This document shows positions 1-6,793 of a stretch of DNA of 32,000 nucleotides, piece by piece. Numbering within the stretch: the stretch's first letter is position 1; each line of letters starts with the position of its first letter. Position numbers and translations under genes: made by a program. The notes beneath the pieces were generated by a model. That model was given only the letters and a program-made list of their open reading frames with translations. It was not told where the DNA came from and did no database searches. Source of the DNA: Candidatus Saccharimonadota bacterium (GTDB lineage Bacteria; Patescibacteriota; Microgenomatia; UBA1406; GWC2-37-13); NCBI GenBank assembly GCA_016699265.1, contig CP064967.1:210001-242000 (forward strand), written 5' to 3'.

Positions 1-1199
1 GCTATTACGTTTCTATCGGTGATTACCTCGTCCCCATCTTTAAGTCCTGAAAGAACCTGAACATAGGTTCCAAAGACTGAACCAAGTTTTACTCTTCGTG
101 GCATTGATCTACCTTTCTCGATTACAAATAGGAAGTCTGCTTCTTTGGTTTGGTAGACTGTGTCAATTGGCACGAAAGGCACAATACCTGAGCTGTCCGA
201 GGATCCAATCGGAAGTTCGACGGTAACAGATCCATTCTCCGTCACCTGAGCGCGATAAAGTTCGGGTACGTCAAAATATACTGCATAGAGACGACCTGCG
301 ACTGCATCCTGTGAAATATGAAACGGATATAGTTTAATCTTGTCTTTTCCTATGGTTACAACGGTTGGCTCTATGCGAGAGACTCGTTTTGCAATATCGG
401 CTGAGACATATGCAACTGCCGTTACTGGATCTGCCTCAACATCCTCACTTATCTGCATAAGGACCTGACCTGGGTTAACCGACTGTCCTACCTTAACCAG
501 CACATTATCGACCACTCCTGCAAAAGGAGCAGAGGGATACATAGATGCCTCGGATACCTGATTGATCTGAACCTGAAGTTCCTGAATTTCACGATTTAGA
601 TCGAGTGATTTATCTTGTAGATCAAGTTGTTTTTTTGTTACATCTTCCTGAAGCTTGGAGACGTCTGTCTCACCAGACTGATCATTTAATTCTTCAGAAA
701 GCTCTTTTTGCTTAGAGATAAGGTCCTTCTGTGGTTGGAGCGTGCTTAGCGTGAAGTCTCTTTGTGCTTGAGCTAGTTTTCTCGAGAGTGAAGGAATGTT
801 CCCCCCTTGGTAGTTGGAAGATAGCCCAACCAATGTCTGCCCGCGATAAAATCTTTCTCCCTCGTTTTTGTATACCTGTTGAACAACTCCACCAGTTAAG
901 GCGGTAATACGTATTACACCAGACTTTTTAATTTGCGCCTGAACAATGAGTTTTGGAGCAGACCCAATTTGGTAAACCGAGACCGACTTAGTCTGAACTA
1001 TATCTGCTTTCTCAATTTTTTTTGGAGTGCCTAGAATGTTGCTGGCGATGATTAGTGACAAAAGGAGACCGAGTGCTAAGAAGAAACTAAGAAAAGGTTT
1101 TTTATCAATAGCTGCTGAAAGTTTTTTGATTTGTACCTTAAACCCCTTATTTATTGCTTTATAGCTATGGGCAGTTCTTTTTTGAAGTTCTTTTAACAT
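1..1199 (-). CDS. Periplasmic adaptor / membrane-fusion protein (HlyD / RND-adaptor family). The C-terminal end runs off the window.
   Basis: Not in the ORF track because it runs off the edge. My minus-strand translation from the ATG at 1199..1197 gives MLKELQKRTAHSYKAINKGF... It has one N-terminal TM (FLSFFLALGLLLSLIIASNIL). Lipoyl/barrel-like motifs are GGVVQQVYKNEGERFYRGQTL and APFAGVVDNVLVKVGQSVNPGQVLMQI, with a coiled-coil stretch between them. A later ...VQVLSGLKDGDEVI completes a typical MFP layout. Confidence 0.8.
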   Translation of the reverse strand, partial: MLKELQKRTAHSYKAINKGFKVQIKKLSAAIDKKPFLSFFLALGLLLSLIIASNILGTPKKIEKADIVQTKSVSVYQIGSAPKLIVQAQIKKSGVIRITALTGGVVQQVYKNEGERFYRGQTLVGLSSNYQGGNIPSLSRKLAQAQRDFTLSTLQPQKDLISKQKELSEELNDQSGETDVSKLQEDVTKKQLDLQDKSLDLNREIQELQVQINQVSEASMYPSAPFAGVVDNVLVKVGQSVNPGQVLMQISEDVEADPVTAVAYVSADIAKRVSRIEPTVVTIGKDKIKLYPFHISQDAVAGRLYAVYFDVPELYRAQVTENGSVTVELPIGSSDSSGIVPFVPIDTVYQTKEADFLFVIEKGRSMPRRVKLGSVFGTYVQVLSGLKDGDEVITDRNVI

Positions 1200-1273
1200 G
1201 AGTTGAGCATTATAGCCTATTCTGAGGCTATTTTCAACATCTCTATATATGTATATATAAGGAAGTGCTCTTT

Positions 1274-1918
1274 TTATGCAGCGGAGGGACCTTCAGGTGG
1301 GGTTGGAGGTTTTGGAGGTTCTGCCGGCTTTTCTTCGGGATTAGGAACGATTTTCAGAGCAGGTGGTGTAGCGGGTGACTGATCTATAAAACCTGCTGAT
1401 GGATGGCCTCTTTTTGCCATTTCTATTTTAGCCTGCTCCTCTGGCGTGTTGGTTAGCGTTGGTGCAAACAAATCAACTACATTATTGTCTGAGTCTTCTT
1501 TTGGAGCTACTGGCCGACTTCTTTTTGCCTCTTGAAGTTCCAAATATGTGGCGGCATTTGCGAGTTCGGTTACAGGAGTTACTGACTCTGCAACCTCGTT
1601 ATCATCCTTCCAATTATATGGCATATCTGCATTCTCAATAAAGGGTTCGTCAGTGCCAGGATGAGACTCCCCCGCTATCTCGGACCTCATAGCCTCTGTT
1701 GCTTGAGAAGGTCGTACGATCGGTCCAGCCGGACGACCACTAGATTCTTTTTTTCCACCAAACACTCGATCGAGTCCTTTATCAAATCTCTTATTGAATC
1801 GATCCACTCCAGCCATGATTTTTTCACCAAGTACGGTAAATCGACTTGGAGGAGCTTCTTCGATTTTCTTCAAAGAGCCATCGGGGTGAAATATTCGTGG
1901 ATTTTGTCCTTCTGCCAT
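1274..1918 (-). CDS. Hypothetical Pro/Glu-rich, probably disordered protein (214 aa)
   Basis: Long ORF, same strand and tightly spaced with its neighbours. The C-terminal low-complexity tail is PEEKPAEPPKPPTPPEGP. It shares the motif QATEAMRSEIAGES with the upstream ORF (QATSAMVDEIRGQS). I recognise no family. Confidence 0.55.
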   Translation of the reverse strand: MAEGQNPRIFHPDGSLKKIEEAPPSRFTVLGEKIMAGVDRFNKRFDKGLDRVFGGKKESSGRPAGPIVRPSQATEAMRSEIAGESHPGTDEPFIENADMPYNWKDDNEVAESVTPVTELANAATYLELQEAKRSRPVAPKEDSDNNVVDLFAPTLTNTPEEQAKIEMAKRGHPSAGFIDQSPATPPALKIVPNPEEKPAEPPKPPTPPEGPSAA

Positions 1919-1943
1919 TCCTATATTATTTTTTTATATAAAT

Positions 1944-2330
1944 TTATCTTTCCTTATCTCGATCGTATACCTGCGGCATAACAGAAGGAGATTTATCTGA
2001 TTGCCCACGTATCTCATCAACCATAGCGCTTGTTGCCTGAACTCCAAGTTCATCTGGGTTCAGTTCGGCGGGTTTATCTTCGTTTCTTTTAATAACTTTT
2101 ACGGTATGAGTTGCGAAATCAGGTTTTGGTGGCACTGAGGCGGTCTCGGAGTGTTCTGGAGGAACGTATACTAATCCTAGCATTTCATGAAGTGCTTGGT
2201 TAAGTTCGGTCGCTTTGCCACGAATTTGTCTACCCCACACCTCCGTCCTACGTAATGGTCGAGAATGATGTTGCTTATGGCCCATCTCACTCAAACCAGT
2301 ACCATTACCAATATCGACTCTTTCTGCCAT
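1944..2330 (-). CDS. Hypothetical protein (128 aa), partial paralogue of 1274..1918
   Basis: ORF starting MAE..., like the next gene. It shares the QAT-x-AM-xx-EI-x-G-x-S motif. On the minus strand a TATAT-type box lies 4 nt before the ATG. Confidence 0.5.
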   Translation of the reverse strand: MAERVDIGNGTGLSEMGHKQHHSRPLRRTEVWGRQIRGKATELNQALHEMLGLVYVPPEHSETASVPPKPDFATHTVKVIKRNEDKPAELNPDELGVQATSAMVDEIRGQSDKSPSVMPQVYDRDKER

Positions 2331-2418
2331 ATGTATATAGTACTATTTTTTGAGGTTTGTCCAGATTCAACCGTTGCTATATCTTGAATATTGAGTTATT
2401 TTCTACTACACTTGAATC

Positions 2419-2850
2419 ATGGACGAAAATAGGAAAAAAGCTCTTATCTCTCTCCAGACCAGTACGCATCCTCTCTGCGTGATGTCGACAGTGACCGTAG
2501 ACAACGTATCTGAGTCCTCACTTCTCGCCTTTGTTGTACGTGAGGATCTATCGCTACTTATCAGTACCCATACCTCAACTCGCAAGTGGAAAAACCTCGA
2601 AAGTAACACTGCGGTTTCCTTAGTCTTTGGCCTAGCTTTTGGAGTTGTGAATGTGCAGTATGAAGGCGTAGCGAGACTCATAACCGAGCCCGAGGAAATA
2701 AAGAAATATGATGAGGAGTACTTCTCTGCTCGACCAGAACTCAAACAGTATCGTGTAAATGACACCGGCTTTATAGAAATTACACCTCGATGGGTAAGAA
2801 CTGTTGACTTTACTCAGACCCCTCCTAAGGTTGAAGAATCCTCATTCTAG
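2419..2850 (+). CDS. Pyridoxamine 5'-phosphate oxidase-like FMN-binding split-barrel protein
   Basis: 143-aa ORF. Recognised by eye from the pattern LCVMSTVTVDN...LLISTHTSTRKWKNLESNTAVSLVF...PRWVRTVDF, typical of the small PNPOx-like family. Confidence 0.65.
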   Translation: MDENRKKALISLQTSTHPLCVMSTVTVDNVSESSLLAFVVREDLSLLISTHTSTRKWKNLESNTAVSLVFGLAFGVVNVQYEGVARLITEPEEIKKYDEEYFSARPELKQYRVNDTGFIEITPRWVRTVDFTQTPPKVEESSF

Positions 2851-2893
2851 ATTGTTGGAATGCTCCAAGCACATCCAAAAAGCCCGTAATTTA

Positions 2894-2962
2894 TTGGCAG
2901 ACTACCATATACTCTGCTAGCGCTATCTAGTGGTAGCTTAGGAGCGTCAGGACAACCTAAAA
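2894..2962 (+). repeat. Conserved ~68-nt intergenic element, copy 1 of 3 (candidate structured RNA)
   Basis: Sequence tTGGCAGAC-N11-CTGCTAGCGCTATCtagtGGTAGCTtaGGAGCGTCAGGACAACCTAAAA. It aligns with 4433..4499 and 20873..20941 in the same orientation. Confidence 0.8.
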
Positions 2963-3053
2963 CAGATTATCAATCGAGATTTCAGTCTCATTTCTAGTCG
3001 TATTCACGGCTCGATTTGATATTCTCACAAGAGAGATATATACTAATCCTGAA

Positions 3054-3638
3054 ATGAAAAAGTATCTCGCAGAGCTGATCGGAACATTTACCTTAAGCTT
3101 AGTTGTCGGACTCTCATTATCTGCTCAGTTCCCCATCATCACTCCTGTTCTCGCAGCCTTAACCTTGGGTCTTTTTGTTTATTCCATTGGTGTGATTTCG
3201 GGATGCCACATCAATCCGGCGGTAACGCTCGGTCTTCTTTCCATTGGAAAGATAAAGATGGATGAAGCAGGAAAGTACATTGTCGCTCAACTGGTCGGAG
3301 GGTTCTTGGCCTCTGTTCTACTGGTCCAGTTAGGAGCTATGATGGCTCCAATTGCGGTTGGTGGAGTTACTCAGATTCTAGCTGAGGTCCTAGGAACGGC
3401 GGTCTTTACCTTTGGTATTGGCGCGGTTGTGTTTGGAAAGGTCTCGGATGTGGTCTCGGGAGCTGTCATCGGTGGCTCGCTTCTTCTAGGGATCTCGATT
3501 GCCGCTATGGTTGGCTCTGCTGGAGTCCTGAACCCTGCGGTGGCTCTTACCATCAATGCCTTTCACCCCACCTACATAATCGGTGAGATTCTAGGCGCGC
3601 TCATCGGCTTAACGCTTGCACGATCTCTACAGAAGTAA
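3054..3638 (+). CDS. MIP-family channel (aquaporin/glycerol facilitator-like), short form
   Basis: 194 aa and highly hydrophobic, with two NPA boxes (GCHINPAVTLG and GVLNPAVAL). Confidence 0.9.
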   Translation: MKKYLAELIGTFTLSLVVGLSLSAQFPIITPVLAALTLGLFVYSIGVISGCHINPAVTLGLLSIGKIKMDEAGKYIVAQLVGGFLASVLLVQLGAMMAPIAVGGVTQILAEVLGTAVFTFGIGAVVFGKVSDVVSGAVIGGSLLLGISIAAMVGSAGVLNPAVALTINAFHPTYIIGEILGALIGLTLARSLQK

Positions 3639-3723
3639 GGTTCTCCTGTGGTTCTTGAACGCCTCGTCTTTCAGAAAAGGTAATGACGGTTTATAAAGGT
3701 TGGCAAAGGTATAACATATGTTC

Positions 3724-3749
3724 TTGACTGGATGAAAAGATGGTATAAT
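3724..3749 (+). promoter_or_regulatory. Promoter-like module TTGACTGG-N9-TGGTATAAT (extended -10), convergent on gene 3818..4255
   Basis: TTGACT at 3724-3729, a 14-nt spacer, TGg at 3741-3743 and TATAAT at 3744-3749. The same 17 conserved positions with identical spacing recur at 14128..14153. Confidence 0.5.
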
Positions 3750-3755
3750 AATTTT

Positions 3756-3854
3756 GGATGAAAGGGTTTTTACCCTTCATGACGCTAACGTCCACAAACC
3801 GAAGCGTGAGGCATCCATTAAGATTTCTTCCAGCGCCTCTTGAGGCGCTTTTTT
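3756..3854 (+). ncRNA. Candidate ~100-nt transcript antisense to the 3' end of 3818..4255 (ends approximate)
   Basis: Bounded by the promoter module above and by an intrinsic terminator at 3832-3854. A 5' hairpin ATGAAaGGGT-TTTT-ACCCTTCAT lies at about 3758-3781. No expression data, so this is purely predicted. Confidence 0.3.
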
Positions 3855-4255
3855 CTTGCATTTTTCTTATCCATCACTGAATAAAATATCTTATTTTTCT
3901 TAAGATCTTCAACGCAGATTACTCGAACCTTCCTCATTTGTTTTGACCCGTTCTCTTCTACTTCCATAACCGCTTCCAGAGCGTAGAATATTTTTCTTCC
4001 TCTTTGAGAGATGTTTTGTATCGTTGACGACTTTTCAATTATATCTTTGGCATATGGGAGCAATTTCAGCCTACGAAACGTATCATCAGAAGTTCTTTTT
4101 CTATGTCCTGTCGCTCCGATAATATGTCTCCATCCCTGTAGGGTGAACTGTACCGGCCCATTGAACGCTGGACACGTAATGACCGAACTTCTCCAAAGAT
4201 CGTATATGAGCCAGGCTTGCGCCTGTTGTTTTTGCAATAGCGCATGCGAGGTCAT
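3818..4255 (-). CDS. Hypothetical 145-aa protein with a basic tail (KKNARKKRLKRRWKKS). A toxin-like role is suggested only by context.
   Basis: Clean ORF, with the ATG 6 nt after a -10 box. Contains WRH and HRKR motifs. I cannot assign a family by eye; a BECR-type nuclease fold is speculation only. Confidence 0.6.
   Translation of the reverse strand: MTSHALLQKQQAQAWLIYDLWRSSVITCPAFNGPVQFTLQGWRHIIGATGHRKRTSDDTFRRLKLLPYAKDIIEKSSTIQNISQRGRKIFYALEAVMEVEENGSKQMRKVRVICVEDLKKNKIFYSVMDKKNARKKRLKRRWKKS
3832..3854 (+). terminator. Rho-independent terminator (AGCGCCTC-TT-GAGGCGCT followed by a T-run) inside the last codons of the convergent gene
   Basis: 8-bp GC-rich stem followed by TTTTTT. It could serve the aquaporin transcript, the predicted antisense RNA, or both. 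Confidence 0.6.
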
Positions 4256-4261
4256 GCAAAA

Positions 4262-4298
4262 ATAATAGAAAGAGTCGCTATGCTTGTCAGTCGCTTAT
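4262..4298 (-). promoter_or_regulatory. Leaderless sigma70-type promoter, homologous to 14599..14635
   Basis: Minus strand reads ATAAGCGACTGACAA, with -35 CTGACA at 4290-4285, a 17-nt spacer, -10 TATTAT at 4267-4262, then 6 nt to the ATG at 4255. Confidence 0.6.
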
Positions 4299-4305
4299 GG
4301 ATTCG

Positions 4306-4344
4306 ACTTCGCTCACCACAAGTATGCTACCCCACTTCGCTCAC
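4306..4344. repeat. Two 11-nt direct repeats ACTTCGCTCAC (4306-4316 and 4334-4344, 28-nt period) just upstream of the promoter
   Basis: Exact 11-mers read from the sequence. An operator or activator-site role is inference. Confidence 0.5.
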
Positions 4345-4432
4345 GACAATGTCAGAGCTACGAGGGGCAAAGCAAAATAATGTGATTGGAGCGTTGGAGT
4401 AATCTAGCAGATTAGTTAAACAATGAAAATAA

Positions 4433-4499
4433 TTAGCAGACTACGCTCTTCACTGCTAGCGCTATCGGGTGGTAGCTCTGGAGCGTCAGGACAATCCAA
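4433..4499 (+). repeat. Conserved ~68-nt intergenic element, copy 2 of 3
   Basis: Sequence tTAGCAGAC-N11-CTGCTAGCGCTATCgggtGGTAGCTctGGAGCGTCAGGACAATCCAATC. It abuts the stop codon (4500-4502) of the FtsK-gamma gene. Confidence 0.8.
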
Positions 4500-4843
4500 T
4501 CAAGCTCTTTTTAAGATCTCTCTTGGCTTCGATCCTATTGCTTCACCTACATATCCGGCTTCCTGAAGTTCGTCAAGAATTCGTGCAGCCCTCGCGTATC
4601 CAATCTTAAGTTTGCGCTGTAGTAATGACGCTGAGGCGAGTTCGTAATTCTGAATTATTTTAACTGCTTCGTCAAAAGATTATCTGGTCCGGTGTTCTTC
4701 GGTGCAACATCAATAGGACCCACCGATGAGAGCTTTACCCATTTTATAATTGCGTCAATCCGCGTACGAAGATCATCGAGCTCGTTTAGAACAGCTTGGA
4801 GAATCTCTTGATTGTTTGAGTCGCTCAATGGTCTTATCATCAC
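4500..4843 (-). pseudogene. Small FtsK-gamma (winged-helix) domain protein split by a 1-nt frameshift
   Basis: The 62-aa ORF at 4655..4843 ends at a TAA. The -1 frame (4500..4679) reads SFDEAVKIIQNYELASASLLQRKLKIGYARAARILDELQEAGYVGEAIGSKPREILKRA, a classic FtsK gamma domain. The shift must lie at 4658-4679, where there is an AAAA run. Confidence 0.6.
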
Positions 4844-4903
4844 TCCCCTACTCTACCAAATAATTAACAGAGAAGTCAATGGTCATTATGGTATAGTGAA
4901 ATT

Positions 4904-5323
4904 ATGACCAATATTTACCTCGATATTGATGGTGTTCTTTTGGTGAATGACAATACGATGGCAAACTACTGTCATGAGTTTCTGGAGTATGTGACGACTC
5001 ACTTCCCTACCTATTGGCTGACGACCCACTGTCGCGGAGACGAGCGCCTCACGCACCTCTTTCTTACCCGTACCTTTCCGGCCAAGACCTTGGAGATCGT
5101 GAAGAAGATAAAGCCTACCAACTGGGCTACGAACAAGACCGAAGGGATCGACTTCTCACAGCCGTTCCTATGGTTTGATGACGATCTTTTCCTTGGGGAG
5201 CGTCAGGAGCTGGAGAGAAGGAATTTATTGGACAACTGGATTGAGGTCGACTTCCGCAAAGACGAAAACTACCTCCAACGCTTCCTCACCTCTTTCCCAA
5301 TTCCTATCGATGTTGTTAGGTAA
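4904..5323 (+). CDS. HAD-superfamily-like small hydrolase/phosphatase
   Basis: N-terminal motif YLDIDGVLL (DxDG) and a later FLWFDDD acidic motif. A TGgTATAGT box at 4889-4897 lies 6 nt from the ATG. Confidence 0.55.
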   Translation: MTNIYLDIDGVLLVNDNTMANYCHEFLEYVTTHFPTYWLTTHCRGDERLTHLFLTRTFPAKTLEIVKKIKPTNWATNKTEGIDFSQPFLWFDDDLFLGERQELERRNLLDNWIEVDFRKDENYLQRFLTSFPIPIDVVR

Positions 5324-5457
5324 TAAAAATTAGCTTCAAAAAATGAAGAAAATGATATTTATGAAGCTAAAATGTTGACGATAGTCAACAAAATGAGAGT
5401 TTTAGCCCGTCAGAAAAGGAATAAAAGTTACGTATATAGGAAATGTATGAGGATTTT

Positions 5458-6741
5458 CTATTCCTTTACCTCTCTGTTATCGGAAAGCGATGTAAATTTA
5501 GCCGTCATTGTAGGATTGCCTCGCGTAAGTCTTTTGATAGTTAGATCTTCAGTTCTATTATTGGCTATACGTAGGTTGTTCTCGGAAGACAAGAGTGCGT
5601 CTTTTGTTTTTTGCAGGTGGTCAATAGTTTTGTCGATTTCTTCAATGGCAGTCTTAAATTTACGACTAGCGAGATCGTAATTTTTTGCAAAACCTTCTTT
5701 AAATTTATTTATATTGTCCTCAAAATTTGTGATATCTATATTTTGACTTTTTACTAAAGCAAGTTCCGCTTTATATATTAGAGAGTTCATCGCAGCGTTG
5801 CGTAGCAGTGTGATAATTGGAATGAAAAATTGCGGGCGGACAACATACATTTTGGGGTACTTATGAGCGACATCAACAATACCCGTGTTGTACAGCTCAT
5901 TTTCAGCTTCCAAGAGCGAAACGAGTACGGCGTATTCACATTTCTTTTCAGCACGATCTTTGTCCAGTTCTCGCAAAAAGTCTTCATTTCGTTTTTTTGT
6001 TGTAGTTTCGTCACCTTCATTTTTCATTTCAAACATGATTGATATGATTTCATTGCCAGTATCATCAATTTCTCGATAGATATAGTCTCCCTTGCTTCCA
6101 GTCTTTGAATCGTTGTCTTTTTCAAAATAGGCGTGTTGAAAAGCGGTTGCGCGAAGTTTGTTAAATTCCGTTTCGCAGTGTTGCTCAAGAGTTTCTCCAA
6201 TCATTTTAGTTGAGAGCTTGAGCTTCATATCTTTGCGGAGAGTAATCTCATCATCTTTCATTTTGATAATATCGTCTTTGGTCTTAAGCTCGGAGGAAAA
6301 CTTTTCAAGAAGTGACTTTTCCAACAATAGCTTTTCTGTTTCTTTACTTTTAAGATCATTAGCTAGATCATCACGCTCTTTTTCAATTTTTTAACAGCTT
6401 CGGTAACACTGAGTTTTTCTCTACTTCAGCTTTATCAATTTTTGATTTCATTTCAGCAAGTTCGGCTTCTTTCTTTGCCAATTGTTCTGCTAAGTTGCGG
6501 TCCTTTTCGGCTCTTAGTTCAGCCAGTTCTTTATCTTTCTTCGCGAGTTCGTCTTGCAATGTATTTTGAGATTGGATTCGGCTAATTTGACGGCACTTTC
6601 TTTTTCCTTTTCTGCAATATTTAGTCGCTCACGTAATTCTTCTTCAAATTTATGATCGCGAATCTGTTTGAGAATATCAGCAAAACCAGCCTCATCGACT
6701 TTAAAAACTTTTTTACAATGTGGGCATACAATATCATTCAT
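5458..6741 (-). pseudogene. DUF2130-type protein (zinc ribbon + coiled coil + PD-(D/E)xK-like C-terminus) disrupted by frameshifts
   Basis: The N-terminal piece MNDIVCPHCKKVFKVDEAGFADILKQIRDHKFEEEL (6514..6741) and the C-terminal piece 5458..6327 (GDYIYREID...IMFEMKNEG...EYAVLVS) are in different frames. The coiled-coil middle part at 6328-6513 reads through only after frame changes. Confidence 0.75.
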
Positions 6742-6793
6742 ACTATTTTTAGTTAATTTTTCTATGACTGGTGATCAGCATTTTCAAATTATA

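Noticed and set aside
1459-1981. Track ORFs antisense to or overlapping better-supported genes. Examples are 1459-1641, 1661-1981, 2406-2765, 3371-3556, 4011-4265, 5372-5680, 5787-6394, 12481-13345 (+), 13438-13974, 14621-14884, 15170-15915, 17308-17674, 18272-18643, 19801-20448, 21128-21776 and 24938-25312.
   Set aside because: They show low-complexity or compositionally odd translations, lie fully inside conserved genes on the other strand or over tRNAs, and have no recognisable motifs.
2920-2962. tRNA-like appearance of the repeat element: GCTA-TCTAGTGG-TAGC resembles a D-arm, and TTAGG...CCTAA resembles a stem
   Set aside because: There is no acceptor stem, anticodon arm or T-arm, and the second stem is not maintained in copies 2 and 3. 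It is not a tRNA or an obvious tRNA fragment.
2968-3021. An 11-bp inverted repeat with one bulge (TATCAATCGAG ... CTCGATTTGATA, about 31-nt loop) between element copy 1 and the aquaporin promoter. It was considered as a riboswitch or operator.
   Set aside because: It matches no riboswitch class I recognise. A single occurrence cannot distinguish an operator from a chance stem-loop. It is noted only.
3758-3880. A 40-aa ORF (MKGFLPFMTLTSTNRS...) starting 8 nt after the 3744-3749 TATAAT box, and a 22-aa ORF at 14164-14232 after the 14148-14153 box. Both were considered as small protein antitoxins.
   Set aside because: The strong terminator at 3832-3854 lies inside the 40-aa ORF. The two peptides are unrelated and have no recognisable features. 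An RNA interpretation is simpler, though small peptides are not excluded.
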